Virus record (IMG/VR): IMGVR_UViG_3300025785_000013
Location: 1 to 64,000 of that record
Strand: one strand, 5' to 3'
Length of the DNA: 64,000 nucleotides
Source of the DNA: a virus
Shown piece by piece: positions 41,819-53,700 of the stretch. Positions within the stretch are counted from its first letter, which is position 1. Every line of letters starts with the position of its first letter. Below the pieces are notes generated by a model. It was given only the letters and a program-made list of their open reading frames with translations. It ran no database searches and was not told where the DNA came from. The translations under genes and the position numbers were made by a program.

Positions 41819-44740
41819 ATGACGATGGACACCGGTGGCGACAACCTAATCGCCAATGCCATCCGTATCGCTATCCTTGGTGACAACAAGCAATTCAAGA
41901 GCGTTGTCGGTGACAGCGTTGAATCAGCAAAGGCCGCAGCAGACGGCATCAAAGGTGCTTTTGCCGACGTAGGTGGGTTCCTTTCCAAGGCAGTTGGCTT
42001 CTTCGGTGTCGCTGCGATGGTTGACAAATCAGCAGAAGCCGCTTCCAAACTGACCGGTCAACAAAATCTTCAGGCAACGATTCTGAAGAACCAGTTGTCC
42101 CCAGAACTGGTGAAGCAGTTCGGCATCACTAAGGGAATCGAGGGTAATTACTCCAAGATTCTTGCCAATGCTGCGATGATTCAGTCAACTTCAACCGGTA
42201 TGAGCGTCACCCAGATAACGCAGGCCCAGACGATGTTCCTTACCAACAAGGAACTGGCCAATATGTTTGCCACCGGTCAGAAGATTACTTCTGGGCCACT
42301 GACCGGTATGAACGTTCAGTTGGAAAACGCAATGAACGCTGCTGCAAACTTGGCAGGAACGATGGGTGGCAACGTCTACGCCGCGTCTCGTCTGCTGAAC
42401 CGAGTATTGGAAGACCCGGCAAAGCGTGTGACAGCACTTCGCCGTTCTTCGTTGCAGTTGAGTACCGACCAAATCAACTCCATTAAGCAGATTGAGGCTT
42501 CACAGGGCAAAATCGCTGCCCGATACGCCACTTTGCAATTGGTGAACTCAGAACTCGGTGGTGCTGCTCAGGCAGTGGCCAACCCGATGGAGAAGTTGCA
42601 GAACGACTTCCAAAACCTCACCATCGAACTTGGTGAGGTTTTTCTCCCGTTAATTAACGCATTTTCTGATGTAATTGCTAATTTGGTTGGTTCAATTGCT
42701 CCGATGATGCAGCAATTGGCAAACGTTATTAAGCCAACAATGATGGCTATTGGAACTGCAATCGGTGATGTTTTTACGATTGTTGAACCAATCTTGAACA
42801 CCATTACCACAAGAATATTGCCAGACCTTATGATGGTTCTTCAACCAATTATTGACGCATTTGGTAAAATGGCAAACGCTTTTGCAAATTCTGCTGCTCT
42901 AAAAGACTTCTTGACCATCATAGGAAAGTTGTTTGACAACTTGTCTTTGAAACTTCTCAAATTGCTTCTTCCGTTATTCACCAATTTGCAAAAGACATTT
43001 GACAAAATGTCCAAAAACGGTCAATTGGACAAGTTGTTCAAAAATCTTGCCAACGTGTTCGCCACACTGCTGCCGATTCTTCCCCAACTCATCCAGTTCG
43101 CCATCACACTGGTGGAAGCGTTGTTCCCCCTGTTTCTCCAGTTCTTCCCCATCCTCATTCAATTTATGCAGTGGGGTGCTGATTTTCTTGCGTGGTGCAT
43201 CAAGGTTGTCCCTGCCGTAGCACAAGTTGTCGAAAAAATCCTAAAGTGGGCAGACGGGCTTCCCATCATCAAGCAACTGTCGCACCACACTGGCGTTCTG
43301 AAGGACATCATCCTTGGCTTGGTCGCAGTCTGGTTCACCAGAGGGATGTTCCTCGCTCCGTTGAAACTCATCATCGGCACTATTGACAAGATGCGGGACA
43401 GCATCAAGTTGGCCCAGAAGGGCTTCAAGGACTTGAAGGGAGGTGGCTTTGGTAAGGGCCTGAGGCAAATCCTCGGCCTTGGTGGGGCTGCTGAAAAAGA
43501 CGCACAAGTTGTTGCTGTAGAAGCGAACACGGTTGCCCTCGGTGAAAACACGGCTGCCCTTGGTGGCAACGCATTAAGCAACGAAGTTGGCGGTGGCGGT
43601 GGCGCAGGCAAAGACGCAAAGGAAGCCGAAGGATTCTTCAAGAAGTTTATGAAGTTCGCCAAGAACCCAGTGAAAACTTTCAAGGAGATGGCCGGAGGCG
43701 CACTGGGCAAGTTGAAGAACTTGTTTGGTCGTGGTGCTGGAAAAACTGCTGCTGGTGATGCAGCATCCACTGGCGAGGCTGCTGCTGGTGAAGCAGCATC
43801 CACTGGCGAGGCTGCTGCTGGTGATGCAGCATCCACTGGCGAGGCTGCCCTTGCTAGTGGTGGAGCAGAGGCTGCTGCTGCCACTGGTGGTGAAGCACTT
43901 GCCGGTGCTGGTGTTGCTGCTGCTGGCACCGGTGCAGCCGAAGGTGGAATCTTGGCTGCCGGTCTTGCCAGTGCGCCAGAAACCCTTGGTGTTGGTTTGG
44001 CCGTTGCCGCAGTTGCTGCTGGCGTAGTCGCTTTTCACAAGCAGATTGGTCACGCCATTAGCAAGACGGCAAAGTTCCTGTACCACGGCGCACAAGATGT
44101 AGCAAAATGGGGTTCCAAGGAGTTTGGACACGTCGAAAACGGAGTGAAAAACGTCGCCAAGTTTGTCGGTCACGTCGGACACGCTGCTATGGGTGTGGTG
44201 ACTGGTGGGCTTCACGCTGCTGGAACCATTGCTCACGGAATCGGTTCGGCCATTGGAGGCTTCTTTGGTGGCCTGTTCGGTGGTGGTGGAAGTTCCAGTT
44301 CTTCTTCCACCACCACTGGAAGTAGCAATGCGATGATTGGCTGGCTCATCAGGATTGCCCACAACACCTCAGCCACGGCCATTCTGCTGGACAAGGGTGG
44401 CAAGCCTCAGGAAATCGCCCGAATGATGAAGCACCCTGCGATGAAGAAGATGGTTGCTGCCCACTCCCACGAAATGATGAGCCAAGCAATAGCCAAGATG
44501 TTCGGTGCTGGCTCGTTGGTTGGGTCACTGTTCAGCAACGGAAGTCCAGCAAATGCTGGAAAGGCACTGGCCGGGTCAACTCGCACATCCGGGCCAACGC
44601 ACAACGTCACTATTTCACCAAACGCCTTTGTCGTGAACGTGACCGGTGGGGCAGACCCCAAGGTTGCCAAGCAAGTCGAAGCGGCAATCCAAAAGCACTT
44701 CAAGGAAATGCTCCGAACTACCAACGCAATGAGGGCATAG
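41819..44740 (+). CDS. Tape measure protein
   Basis: 973 aa, helical, amphipathic periodicity; follows the chaperone. Confidence 0.9.
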   Translation: MTMDTGGDNLIANAIRIAILGDNKQFKSVVGDSVESAKAAADGIKGAFADVGGFLSKAVGFFGVAAMVDKSAEAASKLTGQQNLQATILKNQLSPELVKQFGITKGIEGNYSKILANAAMIQSTSTGMSVTQITQAQTMFLTNKELANMFATGQKITSGPLTGMNVQLENAMNAAANLAGTMGGNVYAASRLLNRVLEDPAKRVTALRRSSLQLSTDQINSIKQIEASQGKIAARYATLQLVNSELGGAAQAVANPMEKLQNDFQNLTIELGEVFLPLINAFSDVIANLVGSIAPMMQQLANVIKPTMMAIGTAIGDVFTIVEPILNTITTRILPDLMMVLQPIIDAFGKMANAFANSAALKDFLTIIGKLFDNLSLKLLKLLLPLFTNLQKTFDKMSKNGQLDKLFKNLANVFATLLPILPQLIQFAITLVEALFPLFLQFFPILIQFMQWGADFLAWCIKVVPAVAQVVEKILKWADGLPIIKQLSHHTGVLKDIILGLVAVWFTRGMFLAPLKLIIGTIDKMRDSIKLAQKGFKDLKGGGFGKGLRQILGLGGAAEKDAQVVAVEANTVALGENTAALGGNALSNEVGGGGGAGKDAKEAEGFFKKFMKFAKNPVKTFKEMAGGALGKLKNLFGRGAGKTAAGDAASTGEAAAGEAASTGEAAAGDAASTGEAALASGGAEAAAATGGEALAGAGVAAAGTGAAEGGILAAGLASAPETLGVGLAVAAVAAGVVAFHKQIGHAISKTAKFLYHGAQDVAKWGSKEFGHVENGVKNVAKFVGHVGHAAMGVVTGGLHAAGTIAHGIGSAIGGFFGGLFGGGGSSSSSSTTTGSSNAMIGWLIRIAHNTSATAILLDKGGKPQEIARMMKHPAMKKMVAAHSHEMMSQAIAKMFGAGSLVGSLFSNGSPANAGKALAGSTRTSGPTHNVTISPNAFVVNVTGGADPKVAKQVEAAIQKHFKEMLRTTNAMRA
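43748..43846 (+). repeat. 3 x 33-bp tandem repeat in TMP (AAG[DE]AASTGEA)
   Basis: GCTGCTGGTGAWGCAGCATCCACTGGCGAGGCT x3. Confidence 0.95.
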
Positions 44741-44778
44741 CATATTCAGTGAAATAGGGTAGAGTATTCGGGAGGGCT

Positions 44779-47700
44779 ATGAATAACTACGTTGCCAACC
44801 CAAACTACTCAGACGCTGCTGGCTCGCCCTACTGGACTGTTGTGGTTCCGGGGGCGCAGACGCTTTCACCCGATGAGGCCGTAGCCGACATTACCCAACT
44901 CGCCGTTGGTACCGTGATGGATAACGGCTACTACCGTGCTGCCCAAGTCCAAGACGTCTCTAAGTTGGGAGTTGCTGGAACTTCGCTGTCTGTCACAACC
45001 GGCGGGCAATATGGGAACACGAACCCGTCACCGTTCTTCGACAGGGGCGATTCGTTCGCTTACGTCAACAGCGTGGCAGGAATCAGCACTGGCCTGCGTA
45101 TAGCAATTTTGGAAGGTTTGCAGACCGACGCTTCACCATACACGGCTGGCTCAATGTCCACCGATGCCTTTACGAGCGAGTGGATGACGGCTCGTGCAGT
45201 TGGACAGATTCCAGCAGTTGCGAACAACCAGAACTACCAATCGTTCCAAAGTGGGAGCCTGACTTCTTCCTACTGCGCCTACTTGATGACCAACGGCAAT
45301 GCGTTCGGTGCAGCCGGATTCCTCACCCCGATTAGTTCGTTCAGCACGAGGTTCAGTGGTGCGACTTCGTACTGGCTGACCCCGGCTTCAGCAGCAGCGA
45401 CATCCCCGTACTTCTTCATCTCAGCATCTTCTGACCCTCAGGCGATGGCAAACTTCATTAGCGAGTTTGCCTCGGATTTCACTGCAACGGGTACGGCCAT
45501 CAACTCAATTCTGGTCGGCTCTAGCCGGAGCATCGTCAACTGCGTCGTTGACCCCTCGGTAAACGGATTTACTACCGGTCAGTACCTTTCGTTCGTTGAC
45601 ATTGGAACGAACACCATCCTTTCGCCAGCGTCGTACCAGAACCAAAGCACCACCGGTTGGTACGTTGGCCAAGTCACGGGGATGAACTCATTCACCATTC
45701 TCGCTACGACTACCACTGGTGGCTCTAGTGCAACGGTCACTTTCAACCCAACCACAGAAGACCACACCGGCGTTCTCCCCGGAATGATTGTTGCTGGAAC
45801 AGGGATTCCTTCCGGTGCGACGGTTGTTTCCGTGGGGGCCAGTTCGTTCACGATTTCAGCAGGGGCAACGATTGCTACGACTGGCGTGACTTTGACAATT
45901 TCCAAAGGTGCCACCAACTCGTACTTCCTCGTCTGTGACCGCAGCACCAACTACGGGCAGCCCATCCCCGGAACTTGGAACCAACTGATTTTGACAACTT
46001 CTGCCATCAGCAGTACAACTTTGACGATTTCAGCAATTGCTACTTCGTCTGGCTCCACTGCTGGCTACGGATACGGAACGGTTCTTGCCGGGGGTTCCAC
46101 CTACGCATCTGGCGTTTCAACTGGATTGTTCTCTAACAGTGGCCCATTCTCCATCGCCGTGGGCAGCACGATTCCTATTGCCACTCACTACGGTTCCACT
46201 TCGGCTGGCACAACTGCGACCCTCGGCTACGTCTCTGCTCCGAGCAATGTCGTGTCGTTCATCGCTTCCGGCACTTCCGGCACCAACACAATCACCATCA
46301 CAAGTTCTCTCTACATCCTCGGCAATGGAATGTTGGCTGTTGGTCAGTCCATTAGTGGCACTGGCATCCCCAGCAATTCGTACATCACGGCCATCTCTGG
46401 CAACACGCTGACGATTTCAGCAAACTTGACTGCAAACCTGAACGGCACCACAAGCATTGCCACGACATCGTGTTCGGGAATGATTTACGGCACTTCGTTC
46501 CCTGCTGGAAACACCATCGTCCTCAACAACAACGACAACACTTACGTCTTTGATTTCGGCGTTCCTTACTTCGCTCCGTACTTGACGAACACTGGTGGAG
46601 GTTCAATCCCGCCCGGCGAGACACCAACTGCCGGTGTCGGTGGCTCGCACTACGGCTGCGATTTCTACCTGCCGGTCACGCTGACCAACATCATTGGCAC
46701 CCCGTTGGCCAACTTCCAAAGCGCAGCAGTCACTGGGTCTAGTAGCGCAATCTATGTAGATACCACCACCAACTTCTACGTCGGACAAAAAATCACATTC
46801 GGCAGTTTTGGAAACTTGACAATCACGTCTGTTCCGTCATCCACTGAAATCATCGTTAGTGGCACGGCTGCTGGGGCTGCGACCTACAACACGGTCAACT
46901 ACTCCAACGGGTCTTCACCAAACGACATTTGGAACTACGACGATTACTTGCTCTCCGGGGCTGTGTTTGACACGGTGACTGGTACCACTTCTGGTACCGG
47001 TGCCATTGGCTTCGACGGCACATTCATTACTGGATTCCACCAGACCGGCACTTACGTCTTGGCGTACCAAGATGGGCCTCGGTACATCGGCTCATCATCA
47101 GTTGGAGACTTGGAGCAGATTGTTCCAACAACGATTGGCTCAACGGTTGGTGGAACCCTTTACCAACCAGTCGCTGCTGGCTCCACGACATTCGCCGTGA
47201 ATCCAAACCCAAACACCGTTCCCGGCACCACGACATTTGGAATCAACCAGTACCAGAACTATACCTACGGTGGGTTTGTCCCCCTCATCAACAACGGTGT
47301 GACCAACAACTTCGTTGGCAACATCACCACCGGAAGTACGGTCATCACTGGCGTTGCTTCCCAGTACTCATTTGGACTTTCGGTTGGACAAACTGTTGAC
47401 ATTGCAAGCACGGCCCACTTCCCAAGTGGTACTGAAATCGTAACCGTCGGTAAGGGGACTGTCACGGTTTCCAATGCTGCGACAACATCAGCAAGCGCGA
47501 CAAGCCTCACTGCGACTTCCAATGCCATCTACACCCTCGTCGTGGGTCAAGGCTCCACGCAGGAAATGGTGGCAGTTATTTCACCAAGCAACTCAACTTC
47601 TCTCGGCTCCACTGGGTCGAACCCAATTGGCCTTCCCTTTACGCCCGGTGAAACCCTTGACGGCTCCGGCAACATCAACAGCCCAATGCTTTGGACACTG

Positions 47701-50700
47701 GCAGACGGTCAGACGTTCCAATTTGACCACGACGCTGGTGACATCGTTGTCACGCCGAACGTGGTCTACTCGGTTGGTGGAAGCACGATTTCCCACGCTC
47801 AGCAAACTCCGTTCTTAGGTGACCCCAACGTTGGAACGGTCTACTCCATTAGTGGTGGAACCGATTACGCCCAGACGAACGCTCTCATCGCCACGAACCC
47901 GACGAGCGAACTCATCATCAACGCTGCTGCGAACTTCAACCTGACAAACCCGTGGTTGGATTCTGGCGTTGGTGGCTTCCCCAACATCAGCACGAGCCTC
48001 GCTGCGACGGCCTCGGCTGGAGACACCACCATCACGGTGGCCGACAACGCTGGATTTCCACAAACCGTGCAGACGGTTTTCCAAAACGGAATCACCATCC
48101 AGCCCTCGACTGTTGGAACTCTGGTGGGCAGTCTCGCTGCCAATGCAACATCCCTCACCATCATTCCAAAAGCCGAAGTCCCTCAGACCACGCCGTTCTT
48201 CATCAACATCTCTGGGCTTTCGGGTACTGAAACCCTTGAAATTGGCTCGGTGTACTACAACAGCGCACTGAACCTCGCCACTCTGCAACTCTCCAACTTC
48301 CAAGTCCAAGGAATGGTCGCTACTGGCAGCACCTCGGTCTGGCTTGGCGCAGCAGCAATCACCAACGTTGCACCCGGACAGGTCATTACGGACACGCTTG
48401 GCTACATCCCTGCTGGAACCACGGTTGTCAGTGTTTCTACGACCAGCATCACGATTTCCAATCCTGCCACCAACGGTGCAACGGAGAACTTGCAGTTTTA
48501 CACCTCGTCAACGACGCTCTCCTACGCCGACCTCACGCCTGTTCTGCTGGACAGTTTCCCGACAGACACTCAGTATCACACCCTTGAAGTACCATCGTTC
48601 TACCTGACTACGGCCCTGAACCTCGGTGCAACGGTCACGTCACTTTCCACCACCCCGTTGCCTGTGACCGTGCCTTCCGGCACGACGCTCTACATCAACA
48701 ACGGCATCTTTTACGATTCGTTCGTCACTTCAGCAACGGCAAATGCCGGTGCGACTGGTGTTTCCATCAACTCGTACACGCCACACTTTCCTTTTCCGGC
48801 TTCGTCGGGGAGCAGTGGAGTTTTCACCACTTACGGTTCGATTGTGTCCGTTGGCCTTGCATCTCCCTTGCAGCCGAACCAAACCATCTTCCTCAACTGC
48901 CCCGGTGCCATTGGTAGCCTTGGCAACCCATCTTTTGGAATCACGGTTAAGGAATACACGCCTCAGAACGCTTTCACCATCCCGGTTCTGCCATTCATCT
49001 CACCTTACGCCTTCGATACCACGACTACCGAAGTGGACTTCACGGGTTCGGTGACCAACGGCTCCAACGCCATCACCTCGGTAAGCAGCACGGCAGGGCT
49101 TTCGGTAGGCCAACAAGTCTTCACCAGCCAAGACGGGCTTTCTACGACCCAGCCTGCGTTCATTGCTGAAATCAGTGGCTCTACGGTCTACCTGACCACT
49201 CCTTCAGTCACGGCAGCAACCGGGGCGACGAGCCAGTACTTCAACGTCTACCCGACGCAGTTCTTGTCACCATCGCCCGTGACGCTGGATGCCGACCCGT
49301 TGCAAGAGGTCGTGTACCCAATTTCAGTGCCAGTCCCGAACGCCATCAACCCAAACGCTTGGGATGTCAACTTGGCTCTGTCTCTGGCCTACGACCACGA
49401 CTTTGGTGCTGAAGTCTTTTACTACGCTTACCCGACCAACTTCCACGTCAATGATGTGACCTACCGGCCAGACTTGGGCATCTTCCAAACGTGGGATGGC
49501 AGCCAGTGGCGCACGACGAGGGTGAACGCAGTTCAGGCCCTTCTGTCCATTCTTGGCTCCTTTGGTGGAAAAGACACAACCAACGTCACGCTCATTGACC
49601 CAAACACTGGGGCAAACACGCCACCTGACGTATTCGCCAACACGCTTTCGACGGCCTTCACTGCCTACTTTGGTGGAAACCGTTCCAAAGACCCGAACGG
49701 CGACGAGTGGACTGGCGATGCCCTTAACAACATTCTGCTGAACATCTCTGTTCAAGTTCCCCAAAACCAAACGGTGGCCTACCGAAGCCTCGGCCTCATC
49801 GCCCAGTACAAGTCGGAGCCACTGGCCGAGAGCATCTACATTTCACCATCGGACAACTGCGTCATCAACGAGGATGCTGTCACCTCGGTCAACTGGACAT
49901 ACAGCGACCTTGACAACGACCAACAAACCGGTTGGTCAGTGAAAATCTTCAGTCAGGCTTCCGTCTATCTGCCAAACTTCAGCCCCGACACGACAACCCC
50001 TGTCTGGCAGAAGTCGGCTTACAACGCTTCCACCTCTGTGACGTTCGACACCGACAGTGGCTTCGTCAACGGTCAGAAGTACTACGCCTATGTCAAGGTT
50101 TCCAAGACATTCCACCAAAAGGACTGGTGGGGTGCGTGGAACTCTTGCCCATTTACGGTCATTATCAACGCTCCGCAGGCACCGATGGTTGCCGTGTACG
50201 CCGACGATGACAACGCTGTCAACACCATCACCATTCAAAGCACGGACAACTTGCTCGGCCCAGACAACGGCAGTTTCACCAACTCGCTCGGTGGCTGGAC
50301 ACGAGGAAAAAACGACACCGTTGGCACTTCGCTGGAAGTCGCATCTACCGGTATCGCCCTTCGCACCCCACTAACGGCAGGAACGGTTTACACCTCACTG
50401 AACGTCGGAGCAATTGGCTATATCGCTTCCGGCTCAACTATTGCTTCGTCTGGCAAGGGTACGTTCAAGGTTTCCAGCACTTATCCAAAGAACACTGACG
50501 CACTGGGCTTCCCAGTTTCCGGTGAGTTTTGGGTCACTATCGGTGGTGAAAACATCCTCGTGACCAACAAGGTTGACGGCAACAACTCCGGCGACACTTT
50601 TGTCATCCAGCAGCGCAACTACACCGTCGCTGGGGTTCCAAGCACTCAAAGCGCACACGCAGCAGGCGCAACGGTGACTTTTGGATTGCAGGAGCCAATC

Positions 50701-53700
50701 TTCGTTGATTCCGAACTGCAACTGCATTTCACTGAAGTTATTGAACAGAAGTGGGTGGACAAGCAAAAAATTCTCGTTCGCACCATCCCCGGAACGCCCG
50801 GATGGTCAAGCACGAACACCACCGGATTCCAAATCATCAGCAACGGTCAAGGCAACCAAGTCCACGTCGTTGACCCCGGCAACGTTCTCTCTAACGGGTG
50901 GGCAGGTAGAACCGTCTACATCAACCACAAAGAAAGTATGGGTTGGACAACAGCGCAAGCGTCGCAGACGGTCAAGAGAGTTCTCGGCTCCCTCATCGGC
51001 AACGCAATCAACTACAACGTTTCCAAACTGGAGCCAGCAGTCATTCAGTCGGTCAAGGCTGTTTCCACCATCCCATCACGAACCACGACCCTTGCAGTTG
51101 TCAGCACTGATACCCAATTCCCCAAGGGCAACGGTCTATACATCCCAGTGACCCCCAAGGGTGGGTACCCGCTTCTTTCGCTTCCGGCAGGGACAGTTCT
51201 CAACATTAGTAATGGACAAATTATTGGTGTCAATGTCTTTCAAGGTGGGAAGATAGACTGGACACACTACAACGCCATCAACACCGTGACCCTCACCGCG
51301 CCGTATCGAATTGGCGACAGTGGGATGCACGTTGCTGGAATCACCAACGGTTTTGGAAGCAACGTCAAGGCTAAGGATATAACCCTTGGGTTCCTACCAA
51401 GGGGAGCAGTCATCACCTATGTCGCTCCGAGCCTCTACACCGAAAAGGTTGTGACATTCACCAAGCCTTACGGCAAGCAGGCTCCCTATACCGGTATCGG
51501 CGTTTCGATTGGCGACACTCTTGACCTTTCGGTCACGACGTACTACGCAGGAACCAGTGCTGTAAACGTCTACGGCTACAAGTACACCAACAAAGTCGGT
51601 GGCCCCGGACACACCAAACTCGTACCGTTGGAGCAAAAGGTCATTTCGGATTTCACTGTTCCGTCATTCTCGGCTACAGGAACGGTTGGAACGCTCGTCG
51701 GAACGACGTTTACACCACTAACAACCGGAGCGAGCGTCGCAAACCTCACGGCGACGTGGAGTATCTACGGCAACACGATTACAGCAGCCAGTACTGCTGG
51801 CCTCGCAGTTGGACAACTCGTATCCGGCTACGGCATCCAGTCCAACTCGTACATCACCAACATCAGTGGCAGCAGTGTCACGCTTTCCAACCCAACCAAC
51901 GTTGCTACCGGTTCCAGCATCGGGTTGTTGGCGTATCCGACATTCAACGCCATCCAATTGTCCACCAACCCGTTCGGTTCCACCTCGCCGGTTGGCGATG
52001 CAGTCACCGGTGCCGGTATCTCCCCGGCAACGGTTGTTAATGCAGTCGGTTCCACCTACTCAGTGGTGGGTCTTTCGGCAACCGGTGTCGTACAGTTCCA
52101 AAGCGTCAGCGCAACGGCTCCGTACAACCCAATTAAACCTGTGGTGCAAATCCCAGTGACGTTTAACGGGGCTGCCAACTTCAAGATTCCAGCAGGCTCC
52201 ACGGTCATCAAAACCAAGCCGTTTGTTGCTCATTCTTCGTTTCCCTTCGGAACAGCAGTCAAGATTAACTACCCGGCTCTGTACTCTGACCACACCTTCA
52301 CTATCGTTCCAAACGGTGGGTCTGGGACTGGAACGGACATTGCTGAAATCGGCCTGCTCCACACATCTGGGTCAAACTACACCGGTAAGTTCACCCCAAC
52401 CAATTCCATTCCAATCATCGCTGGCCTCACCTATGGAATCGTTGGCTTCACTCGCCTGATGACCACTCCACGCACGAGTGGTGGAATCCCCACGATGAGC
52501 GTGTTCGTTGACATCTACGATGCCAGTGGGAACTGGATTGGAACGGAGAACAGCAGCAACCCTGCCTACCAAGCCGTCCTTTCCAGCAGCACTGGTCAAT
52601 GGGGTTCGGGATGGGTTCCAGTCGCCTATTCATTCGTCGCCCCCACCAACGCAGCCTACGCAGTGCCTCGCTTCCAATGGAAGAACGTATCTTCGGTGGA
52701 TGCCTACGGTCTTTCCGGCTTGATGTTCAAGGCAATCAACCTTCCGGCGTTCGACCTCAACCACAACATCGTGAATATCACCTCGCAGATTGGCACTTCC
52801 AGCCAACTGATGCGCTTGGAGACGAGCCTTTACCCACAGGGAACGAGCAGCAACGACAACACGCAGGTTGCCAACGCGATTTCACTGCCCCAATCTTCTT
52901 CCGAATCCTACGCATCTCTTGGTGGGTACGACAGCCTGTACGTCTTCGACCCCTACAACACTTCCGGCGTGTACGAAATTCAGCAGGGTGGCTCGGACAA
53001 CGAGTTGTTCACGACCCTTACGGCAGCAGTGACCGTTGGAGTTCCCGTTGGTGGAATCACCTACTTGCCTCTCGCCAGTACAAAGGGTATTGCAGTCGGC
53101 ACCACGCTCTACGTTGACTACGGAAACGCCAACACCTACGAAAATGTCATTGTTGACCCCAGTTGGGATGGTTCCACCAACGTGGCCGTACAAACCAACA
53201 CGGGCAATGGCTACAGCACGGCAAACGGTTTTGCTAGAAACCACTCCCTCGGCGCACGAGTGTACGTCGTGACGATTGGACTTGCTGGAACGGTTAACTA
53301 CACCCACGTTGCAGGAGCCACTGCCAGCCAAGGCGTGGCCATCTTCAACTGGAACAGTGACGGATTCGTCAATCAGCCCAACGACACTTACGAGTACCTT
53401 GTTCAAAAGTCCGTTGACGGCGGAGCGACGTGGACACCGATTCGCAACGGAAACAACGTCAAGGCAACTGGAACCGGTTGGGCAACCATCACCGACTACG
53501 AGGCAGTCCCCGGACAAGCGACGCTGTACCAAGCCATTCCAAAGTTCGTCAGCAAGGCTGGCACAGTCACGAAGCGTGGGCCGAAATCAGCACCAATCGC
53601 CCCTGAGAACACGATGACTACTTCGACGTGGTGGATTGCCGACAGTTCCAACCCGACCAACCGATTCCCCATCTTGGTGCAAAACCAGTACACGGACAAA

